A DNA stretch of 64,000 nt from an uncultured Planctomycetia bacterium. Lineage in GTDB: Bacteria; Omnitrophota; Gorgyraeia; Tantalellales; Tantalellaceae. Positions 39,841 to 49,319 of this stretch are shown here, in pieces. The position numbers and the translations under genes were made by a program. The notes under the pieces were generated by a model. That model ran no database searches. It was not told the DNA's origin and worked only from the letters and a program-made list of their open reading frames with translations. The stretch lies in contig CAZGQR010000005.1 of NCBI GenBank assembly GCA_964527765.1, positions 2,402-66,401 of the forward strand, in the 5' to 3' direction. The stretch's first letter is position 1. The number at the start of each line of letters is the position of its first letter.

Positions 39841-40890
39841 ATGGCTTACGAGACGATACGGTGGAGAAATGACAGAGTAGAGCTTATCGACCAGAGGCTT
39901 CTTCCGGGGAAAGTGCGTTACGTGCCGTGCACGACGGACAGGGACATACACGCGGCGATAAAGACGATGAAGATAAGAGGCGCCCCGGCGATAGGGATAG
40001 CCGCCGCTTACGGGGCGTATCTGGGCGTGCGCAGGAGCCGGGCAAAGGATTTCGTGGGATTCAAAAAAGAACTGGACAGGGCAATGAAATACCTGGCCGG
40101 GTCACGGCCGACGGCAAGGAACCTTTTTTGGGCGCTGGAAGAAGTAGATGCCCTCGTAAAAAATAACAGGAACAGGCCTGTCGGGGAACTGAAACGCATG
40201 ATCCTCGGCAAGGCCCGCGCGATACTTGAGGAAGACAAGAAAATATGCCGTTCGATAGGAAATCGCGGAGGGAGGCTGATCAAAAAGGGTTCCGGCGTCC
40301 TGACGCATTGCAACGCGGGGGGCCTGGCGACCGGCGGGTACGGCACGGCTCTTGGGGTGATCTTCTCCGCCGGAAGGAAGATCAGAATGGTATACGTCGA
40401 TGAAACGCGCCCCGTTCTGCAGGGAGCGCGCCTGACGGTGTGGGAACTCATGCAAAGGAAGGTCCCCGCGACGCTTATATGCGATAACATGGCAGCTTCG
40501 CTTATGGCTAAAAGAGAGATCGATGCGGTCATAGTGGGCGCCGACCGGATCGCGGCTAACGGGGACACCGCCAACAAGATCGGGACGTATAACGTCGCTA
40601 TCCTGGCCGATCACCATAATATCCCGTTTTATGTCGCGGCGCCGGTCTCGACGTTCGATCTTTCGATCCCGCGGGGCGAGAGCATTCCGATAGAAGAGCG
40701 CTCGCATGAAGAGGTAAAAAAGATCGGCGGCAGGTATATAACCCCGAGGAACGTGAAAGTGAAGAATCCCGCTTTTGACGTCACGCCCGCCGGGCTGATC
40801 ACGGCGATCATCACGGAGCGCGGGATTATAAGGAAACCGAATAAGCAGAAGATCGCGAGAAAAGTGAAGGGTGGGGCAGGTCTGCTGTAG
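39841..40890 (+). CDS. mtnA: S-methyl-5-thioribose-1-phosphate isomerase
   Basis: DQRLLP, IRGAPAIG, SRPTA.NL, LTHCNAG.LAT and GADRIAANGDTANKIGT motifs. Confidence 0.95.
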   Translation: MAYETIRWRNDRVELIDQRLLPGKVRYVPCTTDRDIHAAIKTMKIRGAPAIGIAAAYGAYLGVRRSRAKDFVGFKKELDRAMKYLAGSRPTARNLFWALEEVDALVKNNRNRPVGELKRMILGKARAILEEDKKICRSIGNRGGRLIKKGSGVLTHCNAGGLATGGYGTALGVIFSAGRKIRMVYVDETRPVLQGARLTVWELMQRKVPATLICDNMAASLMAKREIDAVIVGADRIAANGDTANKIGTYNVAILADHHNIPFYVAAPVSTFDLSIPRGESIPIEERSHEEVKKIGGRYITPRNVKVKNPAFDVTPAGLITAIITERGIIRKPNKQKIARKVKGGAGLL

Positions 40891-40919
40891 TAGCACAGGG
40901 TCGGGAATAGACCAGCCCC
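40865..40919 (+). repeat. 55-bp hairpin repeat, copy 1 (end of mtnA)
   Basis: TGAAGGGTGGGGCAGGTCTGCTGTAGTAGCACAGGGTCGGGAATAGACCAGCCCC; aligns without gaps to copies 2 and 3. Confidence 0.85.
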
Positions 40920-40929
40920 ATTTATTTTT

Positions 40930-41841
40930 ATGAAAGAACTTGAACTGGTTGAATATATTCGCAAACGTGCCGGCAGGCCCGGCAAGGGCGTGAAGATCGG
41001 GATAGGCGACGATTGCGCCGTGCTCGAGTACGATGCGAAACATTATCTTCTCTGGGCTACCGACATGCTCGTGGAAGGGACACATTTTCGCCTTAAAGGA
41101 ACGCCGTACAGGAAGATCGGCCGCAAGGCCGTCGCGGTCAATATAAGCGATATCGCCGCCATGGGAGGATTGCCCAGGCATGTCACAGTGGCCATGGGCA
41201 TTCCGGGCGGGATGGCCGGTTCCGCCGTCCGCGGCATCTATGACGGCATATTCGGCATATGTAAAGATCACGGCATCAAGGTCATCGGGGGTGATATTAA
41301 CCGGTCCGGCAGGCTCATAGTCGATGTTTCCATCATGGGGCTCGTCGAAAAAGAACGGCTGATAAAGCGCAGCGGCGCCAGGGAAAAAGACCTTGTGCTG
41401 ATCACGGGTCCCGTCAGGAGCGGAAAAAAAGAACACCTGGATTTCGCGCCGCGGCTGAAGGAAGCGCGGTTCCTTTCCCGGCGCTGTAAAATAAATTCCA
41501 TGATAGATACCTCGGACGGGATCGCCCTGGATATGGGGCGGATATGCTCTGAAAGCGGCGTGGGATGCAGATTGTATGAAGGAGCTATCCCGCTTTCAAA
41601 GGGGCTCACGCTCGAAGAAGCTCTTTATTCCGGGGAAAGTTTTGAACTATTGTTCACCATGGGGGTGAAGGAGGCAAGGAAACTGTTTTTGAAGAGAAGA
41701 TCGTTCCTGCCTCAGGCAGGGGGTCGGGAATGTGAATATTTTGTTATCGGGGAGATCACGCCGAAGAAGAACGGCCTTTGCCTTATAAGGAAAGAGGGAC
41801 GTGCGGGCGCGTTGAAGATGACGGGGTTCAGACACCTGTGA
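40930..41841 (+). CDS. thiL: Thiamine-monophosphate kinase
   Basis: GIGDDCA, TDMLVEGTHF, NISDIAAMGG, GGD and IDTSDG motifs. Confidence 0.93.
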   Translation: MKELELVEYIRKRAGRPGKGVKIGIGDDCAVLEYDAKHYLLWATDMLVEGTHFRLKGTPYRKIGRKAVAVNISDIAAMGGLPRHVTVAMGIPGGMAGSAVRGIYDGIFGICKDHGIKVIGGDINRSGRLIVDVSIMGLVEKERLIKRSGAREKDLVLITGPVRSGKKEHLDFAPRLKEARFLSRRCKINSMIDTSDGIALDMGRICSESGVGCRLYEGAIPLSKGLTLEEALYSGESFELLFTMGVKEARKLFLKRRSFLPQAGGRECEYFVIGEITPKKNGLCLIRKEGRAGALKMTGFRHL

Positions 41842-41929
41842 AAGGCGGGACAGGTCTGCGGCGGTAGACGTTGCTGAAAGGCGGGACAGGTTTACTGTGG
41901 TAGCATAGTCCCGGGAATAAACCTGTCCC
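41839..41929 (+). repeat. 55-bp hairpin repeat, copy 2 (41875-41929) preceded by a partial copy (41839-41859)
   Basis: TGAAAGGCGGGACAGGTCTGC, then TGAAAGGCGGGACAGGTTTAC...GGGAATAAACCTGTCCC. Confidence 0.88.
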
Positions 41930-41948
41930 TGTATTTTTATTTTTAAGC

Positions 41949-42425
41949 ATGAAAAGCATAACAACTAATTCTCCGGAAGGAACGATGGAAATTGCGTCTC
42001 ACCTGGCGAAGAACCTCCGTGAGGGCGATTTTATAGCTCTTCTGGGGGAACTGGGGACCGGCAAGACCATGTTCGTAAAAGGACTGGCCGAGGGGCTGGG
42101 GATCGAGGGCCATCTTTATGTTAATAGCCCTTCATTCGTCGTGATGAGAGAATACCGCGGGAAGAAGGACCTTTATCATTTTGACGTTTTCAGGCTTGAT
42201 CTGAAAAGTTTTTGCGAGACCCTGGATTATGAGAAATATTTTTACGGCAGCGGCATTACCGTCGTTGAATGGGCGGATAAGATAAAGGATATCCTGCCCG
42301 AGGATTACCTGGAGATCGGGATAGAATTCAGCGATCATACGGAGAGAAAGTTCACCTTTCGCGCGGTCGGCGCGAGGGCAAAAGAGATCCTGAGGGGAAT
42401 GAAAGGCGGGACAGGTCTACAGTAG
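41949..42425 (+). CDS. tsaE: tRNA threonylcarbamoyladenosine biosynthesis ATPase
   Basis: GELGTGKT, VNSPSF, LYHFDVFRL and VVEWAD motifs. Confidence 0.94.
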   Translation: MKSITTNSPEGTMEIASHLAKNLREGDFIALLGELGTGKTMFVKGLAEGLGIEGHLYVNSPSFVVMREYRGKKDLYHFDVFRLDLKSFCETLDYEKYFYGSGITVVEWADKIKDILPEDYLEIGIEFSDHTERKFTFRAVGARAKEILRGMKGGTGLQ

Positions 42426-42454
42426 TAATGTAAGGTCGGGAATAGACCTGTCCC
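42400..42454 (+). repeat. 55-bp hairpin repeat, copy 3 (end of tsaE)
   Basis: TGAAAGGCGGGACAGGTCTACAGTAGTAATGTAAGGTCGGGAATAGACCTGTCCC; perfect 12-bp stem. Confidence 0.88.
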
Positions 42455-42476
42455 TATATTTTAATTTTTGTAGTAC

Positions 42477-43160
42477 ATGAAGATACTTGCGCTCGATACA
42501 TCGACGAAATTTCTGAGCATCGCGTGCCTTGAAGACGACAGCGTAAAAGCCGCGTTCCATGAGGACGTCGGTATACGGCACAGCGAAGTTCTTATCGACG
42601 CCTTGAGGGAAACGTCAGGTTCTCTCGGCTGGTCCATGGGAGAAATAGGCCTGATATGCACAGGCCTTGGGCCGGGATCCTTCACGGGGGTGCGCATAGG
42701 GGTCGCCACGGTCAAGGGCCTGGCTGCGGTCCTTCGCAATAAAGTGGTAGGCGTTCCCAGCATGGATGCCATTGTCATGGAGGCGCCGCCGGGACGGGAA
42801 CTGGCAGCTCCTTTTCTTGATGCGCGTAAAGGGAAGGTATACGCGTGCGTTTATGACCGTTCAGGCGGGGAAGCCAGAAGGATCACCGATTATCTTCTGA
42901 CGACGGTTGATGAATTTTTAGACGGCCTGAAAGAGAAGGTGTTCCTGTTCGGAGATGCGGTCACGAAGTATAAGGAAAAACTGGACAACTGTTCACTGGC
43001 GGAGTATGCTGAAAATATAGACTGGTATCCGAGAGCCGCTCATATAGGGCGCATCGGGTTCAGGAAAGCTCTGACGGCAACGGATGATCCTGAAGCCCTT
43101 GAGCCGTTGTATCTGCACGCGAAAGAATGCCAGATCCAAAAAAGAGGCAAAGCGGTATGA
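42477..43160 (+). CDS. tsaB: tRNA threonylcarbamoyladenosine biosynthesis protein
   Basis: MKILALDTST, GPGSFTGVRIG, DARKGKVY and EPLYL motifs. Confidence 0.94.
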   Translation: MKILALDTSTKFLSIACLEDDSVKAAFHEDVGIRHSEVLIDALRETSGSLGWSMGEIGLICTGLGPGSFTGVRIGVATVKGLAAVLRNKVVGVPSMDAIVMEAPPGRELAAPFLDARKGKVYACVYDRSGGEARRITDYLLTTVDEFLDGLKEKVFLFGDAVTKYKEKLDNCSLAEYAENIDWYPRAAHIGRIGFRKALTATDDPEALEPLYLHAKECQIQKRGKAV

Positions 43161-44284
43161 ATGACACGAAATACAGGCCGACATGGGCGGAAATAGACCT
43201 GGACGCCGTGAGGTATAACCTGGGGTGCATACGCGGGCTTGTTGACGAAAAGGTGGCGATCATGGCCGTGGTAAAAGCGAATGCCTACGGCCACGGGATC
43301 GACCGTGTCAGCCGGGTCATGGTCGAAGAAGGGGTCGATTATCTCGGAGTAGCCACGGTCGATGAGGCTTTGAATTTGCGCCGGTCCGGCATTGACACGC
43401 CCATACTTGTTCTGGGTTCAGTGCTCGAGCAGGAAGCGAAAGCCGCCGTGGAGCATGACATTACCCTGACGCTGTGCGATCCGGGCCTTCTGGAGGTGCT
43501 CGCGAACATAGCAAAACGGGCAAAAGCGCGTCCCAGGGTCCATATCAAGGTGGATACGGGCATGGGGCGGATCGGGGTGTGGCATGAAGAGGCGCTCGGC
43601 TTTGTCAGGGAAGTCTTCTCGAGAAAAAAAATAGAGGCAGAAGGAGTGTATACGCATTTTTCTTCGGCCGGCCGCGATAAGATGGTGACACGCTTGCAGA
43701 TAGGTTCTTTCGAGAAGGTATTGAAAGATATGGAAAGTCACGGGTTCGACGTGAAATATAAGCATGCGGCCAACAGTATAGCCGTGGTCGACTGGAAAAG
43801 GTCACACCTGAACCTGGTCAGGCCGGGCATTCTCCTTTACGGGGTGTATCCCAAAGAAGATTTTCGCAGGAATTTCGACTTGAAACCGGTCATGAACCTG
43901 AAAACCAGGATAGTACATCTTAAGGACGCCCCTCCGGGGAGGGCAATAAGTTACGGAAGGACCTACATAACCCAGAAACGGACGAAGATCGCTACCATAC
44001 CGATCGGGTACGCCGACGGCTACGGCCGGATACTGTCCAATAAAGCAGAAGCCCTGCTTAACGGGGAGTATGTCAGGGTTGTCGGCATGGTGACAATGGA
44101 CCAGACCCTCCTGGACGTAGGGCATGTCAAAGATGTGATGGTGGGGGATGAGGTCGTCTTGATAGGCAGACAGGGGAGATCAGAGATCCTTATCGAGAAG
44201 ATAGCAAAACTTGCCGGAACCATTCCTTATGAGATCTTATCCGCAATAACAGACAGGGTCCCCCGCGTTTATAAGGGCGGATGA
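43157..44284 (+). CDS. alr: Alanine racemase
   Basis: AVVKANAYGHG, HIKVDTGMGRIG, VRPGILLYG and IGYADG motifs; ATGA overlap with tsaB. Confidence 0.96.
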   Translation: MNDTKYRPTWAEIDLDAVRYNLGCIRGLVDEKVAIMAVVKANAYGHGIDRVSRVMVEEGVDYLGVATVDEALNLRRSGIDTPILVLGSVLEQEAKAAVEHDITLTLCDPGLLEVLANIAKRAKARPRVHIKVDTGMGRIGVWHEEALGFVREVFSRKKIEAEGVYTHFSSAGRDKMVTRLQIGSFEKVLKDMESHGFDVKYKHAANSIAVVDWKRSHLNLVRPGILLYGVYPKEDFRRNFDLKPVMNLKTRIVHLKDAPPGRAISYGRTYITQKRTKIATIPIGYADGYGRILSNKAEALLNGEYVRVVGMVTMDQTLLDVGHVKDVMVGDEVVLIGRQGRSEILIEKIAKLAGTIPYEILSAITDRVPRVYKGG

Positions 44285-44300
44285 CCTCATTCAAACCCGC

Positions 44301-44338
44301 AAAACTGAAAGTAAAACGGACAAAAATGTGTCTATAGT
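44301..44338 (+). promoter_or_regulatory. Third copy of candidate ECF-sigma promoter motif
   Basis: AAAACTGAAAG-N18-GTCTATAGT in the alr-ilvB intergenic region. Confidence 0.45.
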
Positions 44339-44400
44339 ATCAGGTCCCGGGGATCAAGTATGCGGGATTTTCAGAGAGATCAGGACATAAAACCGGAATC

Positions 44401-44428
44401 TTGACAAAGGTTTTTGTTGTGTTATACT
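44401..44428 (+). promoter_or_regulatory. Sigma70 promoter for ilvB operon
   Basis: TTGACA-16 nt-TATACT with TG extended -10. Confidence 0.75.
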
Positions 44429-44508
44429 TATTAAACGCATTTGGTATAACTGTTTGTGTATATGTTATAGGAAATGAATATTATTTTATGGCATAAAGGG
44501 GAAGTAAA

Positions 44509-46203
44509 ATGGCAAAACTTACCGGCGCAGAAATATTGATAAAAAGCTTGCACGAAGAGGGGGTTACTCACATTTTCGGGTATCCGGGCGGATCGGTAAT
44601 ACCTCTAACTGACAAGCTGTATGCCAATAAGGGGCTGAAGTTCTATCTAACGCGTCACGAACAGGGGGCTGCCCATGCGGCCGACGGGTACGCCCGCGCT
44701 ACCGGGAAGGTCGGCGTGTGCATGGCTACGTCGGGTCCGGGTGCGACCAATCTTGTCACAGGGATAGCGACAGCTTACATGGATTCGATCCCCATGGTCG
44801 CCATTACGGGGCAGGTCAAGTGCACTCTTATAGGCAACGATGCATTCCAGGAAGCTGATATGATCGGCATCTCGCGCTCTATTACCAAACACAACTATCT
44901 CGTGAGGGATGTAAGGGAACTGGCAAAAGTGGTCAAGGAAGCGTTCCATATCGCCAGGACAGGCAGGCCGGGCCCGGTGCTTATAGATCTGCCGGTGGAC
45001 GTCCAGCTTCAGTCGGCTGAATTCAAATATCCCAAGACCGTGGATATGAGGGGCTACAAGCCTACCTACAAGGGGCATGTGGGCCAGATAAAGAAAATAG
45101 CCAAGGCGATAGCGAAAAGCAAGAAACCCCTGATCTACGCGGGAGGAGGGGTGATCCTCTCGGGGGCCGACAAGGAACTTACCGCGTTCGCGAGAAAAAC
45201 CGACATCCCCGTGACGACAACAATGATGGGACTGGGCGGATTTCCCGAAGATGATCCGTTGAGCCTCGGCATGCTCGGCATGCACGGAACGGCATATGCC
45301 AATCATGCCGTGCAGGCGTCGGACCTGATCATAGCGGTAGGCGCCAGGTTTGATGACAGGGTCACCGGCAGGATCGATGATTTTGCCCCGAACGCCGTTA
45401 TAGCCCATATCGATATCGATCCGGCCAGTGTAAGCAAAAACGTGCCTGTTGATATTCCCGTCATCGGAGATGCGAAAGATATCCTGAAAAAGCTGATAGA
45501 GCTTATTGGAAAGCAGGACCATCCCGAGTGGCACAAGACGATCGCCAAGTGGAAGAGAGAGCTGCCGCTCAAATATAAAGACGATAATAAGCTGAGGCCC
45601 CAGTATGTGGTCGAACAGATCTACGAGCTGACCAAAGGTAAGGATGTGATCATCTCGACGGAAGTCGGGCAGAACCAGATGTGGGCGGCGCAGCATTTCA
45701 CGTACACCAAACCCAGGACCTGGCTTTCAAGCGGAGGCCTGGGGACGATGGGATACGGATTTCCGGCGGCCATAGGCGCTCAGGTCGGCAGGCCCGAAGC
45801 GATAGTTTTTGATATAGCGGGCGACGGGAGCATCCAGATGAATATCCAGGAACTCGCGACCGCCGTCATGGAAAAAATTCCCGTAAAAGTGATAATTTTG
45901 AATAACGGTTATCTCGGCATGGTGCGCCAGTGGCAGGAACTATTTTATAATAAACGTTATGCTTTTACAGTACTGGCCAAGAACAGCTCTACCGTATGCC
46001 CGGATTTCGTGAAACTTGCGGAAAGTTACGGTGCAAAGGGCATAAGGGTAACCAGGAAGGCCGACGTGAAAAAAGCCATCAAGGACGCCCTGAAGGAAAA
46101 GGGCCCGGTCATCGTGGACTGCGTGATCGAAAGAGAGGAGAACGTGTTCCCCATGGTCCCGGCCGGGGAATCCATCAGCAACATGCTTCATGGATTGGCC
46201 TGA
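44509..46203 (+). CDS. ilvB: Acetolactate synthase large subunit
   Basis: [39 protein letters not shown] and GDGS..MN motifs. Confidence 0.96.
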   Translation: MAKLTGAEILIKSLHEEGVTHIFGYPGGSVIPLTDKLYANKGLKFYLTRHEQGAAHAADGYARATGKVGVCMATSGPGATNLVTGIATAYMDSIPMVAITGQVKCTLIGNDAFQEADMIGISRSITKHNYLVRDVRELAKVVKEAFHIARTGRPGPVLIDLPVDVQLQSAEFKYPKTVDMRGYKPTYKGHVGQIKKIAKAIAKSKKPLIYAGGGVILSGADKELTAFARKTDIPVTTTMMGLGGFPEDDPLSLGMLGMHGTAYANHAVQASDLIIAVGARFDDRVTGRIDDFAPNAVIAHIDIDPASVSKNVPVDIPVIGDAKDILKKLIELIGKQDHPEWHKTIAKWKRELPLKYKDDNKLRPQYVVEQIYELTKGKDVIISTEVGQNQMWAAQHFTYTKPRTWLSSGGLGTMGYGFPAAIGAQVGRPEAIVFDIAGDGSIQMNIQELATAVMEKIPVKVIILNNGYLGMVRQWQELFYNKRYAFTVLAKNSSTVCPDFVKLAESYGAKGIRVTRKADVKKAIKDALKEKGPVIVDCVIEREENVFPMVPAGESISNMLHGLA

Positions 46204-46238
46204 TCATTTTTAAGAGACACATAATGGAGGGAAATAAT

Positions 46239-46724
46239 ATGTCAAAATTCGTTATAGCGGCTTTAGTGGAGAACAAGTTCGGGGTCCTGGCCAGGATCGC
46301 GGGTCTTTTTTCGGCCCGCGGGTTCAACATAGACTCACTGGCCGTCGGAGAGACCGAAAATCCCGATATTTCGCGCATGACGATAGTAGTGGAAGCCGAT
46401 GAGAAGATACTGGAGCAGGTCAAAAAACAGCTGAATAAACTCATCGACGTGATAAGGGTGCAGGACCTTACCGGCGGCGAATATCTTGACAGGGAACTCA
46501 TACTCATAAAGGTCAAGGCGGAGAGCGCCAGGATCCGGGAGAAGGTGGTCCAGATCGTCGATTCCACCGGGGCTGAAATAATAGATATAGGGAAAAAATC
46601 CCTTACCGTGGAGGAATCGGGGGACGAACACAGGATAAAAGCCCTTGTAGAGCTTTTGCGTCCTTATGAGATCATCGAGATCGTAAGGACAGGTAAGATC
46701 GCGATACAGTCGGATAAATCGTGA
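46239..46724 (+). CDS. ilvN: Acetolactate synthase small (ACT) subunit
   Basis: VENKFGVLARIAGLFSARGFNIDSLAV, KQLNKLIDV and EIVRTG motifs; GGAGG RBS before ATG 46239. Confidence 0.93.
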   Translation: MSKFVIAALVENKFGVLARIAGLFSARGFNIDSLAVGETENPDISRMTIVVEADEKILEQVKKQLNKLIDVIRVQDLTGGEYLDRELILIKVKAESARIREKVVQIVDSTGAEIIDIGKKSLTVEESGDEHRIKALVELLRPYEIIEIVRTGKIAIQSDKS

Positions 46725-46748
46725 CGGAGATATAAAAGGAGGAAGGCG

Positions 46749-47735
46749 ATGGCAAAGATGTATTATGATAAAGATGCCGATCTGAACGTGATCAAAGGAT
46801 CAAAAGTAGCCATCATCGGATACGGCATACAGGGGCGCGGACAGGCCCTGAACCTGAGAGACAGCGGGATCGATGTTCTTGTGAGCGAACTGGAAGGGAC
46901 GCCTAACTACGAACAGGCCAGGAAAGACGGGTTTGATGTCGTTTCCGCGGAAGAAGCGGCGAAACAGGCCGACATCATCCAGATATTGACCCAGGACCAC
47001 GTGCAGGCCGCGGTCTATAAAAAAGCGATCGAAAAAAATCTGAAAGAAGGCGGCGCGATCATGTTTTCGCACGGGTTTAACATACATTTCAGACAGATAG
47101 TCCCGCCGAAAAATGTTGACGTTTTCATGGTGGCGCCGAAAGGGCCCGGAGCGCTGGTAAGGGAGATGTACCAGCAGGGCAAAGGGGTTCCGTGCCTTAT
47201 CGCGGTGTTCCAGGATTTTACGGGTAAGGCCAGGGACAGGGCCCTGGCTTACGCCAAGGCCATAGGCGGGACAAGGGCCGGCGTTATCGAGACCACGTTC
47301 AAGGAAGAGACCGAGACGGATCTTTTCGGTGAACAGTCGGTGCTCTGCGGCGGCACTTCGGAGCTGATAAAAGCCGGTTTTGATACGCTCGTCGAAGCGG
47401 GGTATCAACCGGAGATCGCATATTTCGAGTGCCTCCACGAGCTTAAACTTATCACGGACCTTATTTATAAATACGGGATCTACGGCATGCGCAAAAGAGT
47501 CTCGGATACGGCGGAATATGGCGATATCACCAGGGGCAAAAGGATCATCAACAGCAGGACGCGCAGGGAGATGAAAAAGATCCTGCGCGAGGTCCAGTCC
47601 GGCAAGTTCGCGAAGGAGTGGATCAAGGAGAACAGGAAAGGCCGTCCGAATTATAACAGGATGACCGAAGAGGAAAGACAGCACAGGATCGAGAAGATCG
47701 GTGAAGAGCTTCGCGGCATGATGCCGTGGCTCTAA
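46749..47735 (+). CDS. ilvC: Ketol-acid reductoisomerase
   Basis: [31 protein letters not shown] and [10 protein letters not shown] motifs. Confidence 0.96.
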   Translation: MAKMYYDKDADLNVIKGSKVAIIGYGIQGRGQALNLRDSGIDVLVSELEGTPNYEQARKDGFDVVSAEEAAKQADIIQILTQDHVQAAVYKKAIEKNLKEGGAIMFSHGFNIHFRQIVPPKNVDVFMVAPKGPGALVREMYQQGKGVPCLIAVFQDFTGKARDRALAYAKAIGGTRAGVIETTFKEETETDLFGEQSVLCGGTSELIKAGFDTLVEAGYQPEIAYFECLHELKLITDLIYKYGIYGMRKRVSDTAEYGDITRGKRIINSRTRREMKKILREVQSGKFAKEWIKENRKGRPNYNRMTEEERQHRIEKIGEELRGMMPWL

Positions 47736-47755
47736 TAGTTAAAAGGAGCGGTAAC

Positions 47756-49291
47756 ATGAAGGACAGGGTGCTTATTTTTGATACGACATTGAGGGACGGG
47801 GAGCAGACGCCCGGAGCGAGCCTGACCATCAATGAAAAACTCAAGATAGCTTTTCAATTGGAGAAACTCGGAGTGGATATCATAGAAGCGGGATTTCCGC
47901 GCACGAGCCCCGGAGACCTTGAGGCGGTAAGGACCGTTTCGAAGCATATCAGAAAGTGCGTGATCTGCGGTCTTGCAAGGGCCACCCAGAAGGATATCGA
48001 CGACGCTTACGCGGCGCTTAAAAAGGCCAAGAGACCCAGGATACATGTTTTTCTTGCCACCTCCAAGATACATATGAAATACAAATTGAGAAAAGCCAAG
48101 GATGAAATATTAAAGACATCAGTAGAGGCGGTAAAATACGCGAGGAAGAAGCTTCCCGATGTGGAGTTCTCGCCCGAAGACGCCTCCCGCACGGAACCGG
48201 CTTTTCTTGCCCGCGTCGTGGAGGCCGTTATAGACGCCGGCGCCGGAACGGTCAATATCCCGGATACCGTAGGGTATGCCGTTCCGCAGGAATTCGGACA
48301 GACCATAAGGAACCTCACGGAAAAAGTGCCCAACATACACAAAGCGGTCATAAGCGTCCACTGCCACAACGATCTGGGGCTCGGCGTGAGTAATTCGCTG
48401 GCCGCCGTCTTGAACGGCGCCCGTCAGGTAGAATGCACCGTTAACGGGCTTGGTGAAAGGGCCGGGAACGCGGCCCTGGAGGAGATCATCATGGCCCTGC
48501 GGATGCGGAAAGACATGTTCGGCGGGCTGGCGACGGGCATCAGGACCAGAGAGCTGTACAGGACCAGCAAGCTGGTCAGTAAATTGACCGGCATTCCCGT
48601 CCAGCCCAACAAGGCCATTATCGGGGAAAATGCGTTCAGCCATGAATCCGGGATCCACCAGGACGGCGTGATGAAGAAAAGAGTCACTTACGAGATCATC
48701 AAGCCTCAGGATGTCGGGTTCAAAGGCAGCAGGATAGTTCTCGGGAAACTTTCCGGCAGGCACGCTTTTTCCGAAAGACTGAAAAAGCTCGGGTACTCCC
48801 TTTCGGACAAGGAGCTGAACCAGGCGTTCAAGCGCTTCAAGATACTGGCCGACAAGAAACCCAAGATATTCGATGAGGATATCGCGACGATCGTGGAAGA
48901 CGAACTTGCGACGATACCCCAGAGGTATAAACTCCTCAATTTTGAAGTAACAAGCGGCAACAGGATCAAGCCGCTGGCGAAGGTGGAACTTGAAGAGGAC
49001 AAGAAAACGATAAGCGCGAGCGCCACAGGTGACGGCCCGATAGACGCATGTTTCAAGACCATAGACAGGGCCATCAAGATGAAAGGCAGACTTGTGGACT
49101 ACAAGGTCAATGCCGTTACCAGCGGGAAAGACGCTCTCGGGGAAGCCAATGTCAAGGTCGCGTTCAGGGATGACGTGGTAACGGGCAGAGGCTCGAGCAC
49201 GGATGTCATAGAGGCGAGCGTCCGGGCTTATGTGAACGCGGTCAATCGCCTTTCTTTGAGAAGGAAAAAGTTGAAGAAAAAGGGCAAGTAA
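47756..49291 (+). CDS. leuA: 2-isopropylmalate synthase
   Basis: FDTTLRDGEQ, HCHNDLG, NGLGERAGNA, HESGIHQDG and C-terminal regulatory domain. Confidence 0.95.
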   Translation: MKDRVLIFDTTLRDGEQTPGASLTINEKLKIAFQLEKLGVDIIEAGFPRTSPGDLEAVRTVSKHIRKCVICGLARATQKDIDDAYAALKKAKRPRIHVFLATSKIHMKYKLRKAKDEILKTSVEAVKYARKKLPDVEFSPEDASRTEPAFLARVVEAVIDAGAGTVNIPDTVGYAVPQEFGQTIRNLTEKVPNIHKAVISVHCHNDLGLGVSNSLAAVLNGARQVECTVNGLGERAGNAALEEIIMALRMRKDMFGGLATGIRTRELYRTSKLVSKLTGIPVQPNKAIIGENAFSHESGIHQDGVMKKRVTYEIIKPQDVGFKGSRIVLGKLSGRHAFSERLKKLGYSLSDKELNQAFKRFKILADKKPKIFDEDIATIVEDELATIPQRYKLLNFEVTSGNRIKPLAKVELEEDKKTISASATGDGPIDACFKTIDRAIKMKGRLVDYKVNAVTSGKDALGEANVKVAFRDDVVTGRGSSTDVIEASVRAYVNAVNRLSLRRKKLKKKGK

Positions 49292-49309
49292 TTCTGCCGC
49301 GCCCTTTTT
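49277..49309 (+). terminator. Possible hairpin/terminator after leuA
   Basis: AAAAAGGGC-(15 nt)-GCCCTTTTT; short GC stem and long loop, so weak. Confidence 0.3.
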
Positions 49310-49319
49310 ATGGAATATT

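Noticed and set aside
41839-42420. TGAAAG...GTCT inside the 55-bp repeat as further ECF promoter copies
   Set aside because: The spacing is 9 nt rather than 17-18 nt, which is incompatible with -35/-10 geometry.
40865-42454. The 55-bp repeats as a CRISPR array or integron attC sites
   Set aside because: Copies are separated by whole housekeeping genes, there are no cas genes, attC core ends are missing, and the only tyrosine recombinase looks like chromosomal XerC.
44429-44508. Leader-peptide attenuator or TATAAC...GTTATA operator before ilvB
   Set aside because: No Ile/Leu/Val-rich leader ORF or terminator hairpin seen; the dyad is short and lies in AT-rich DNA.
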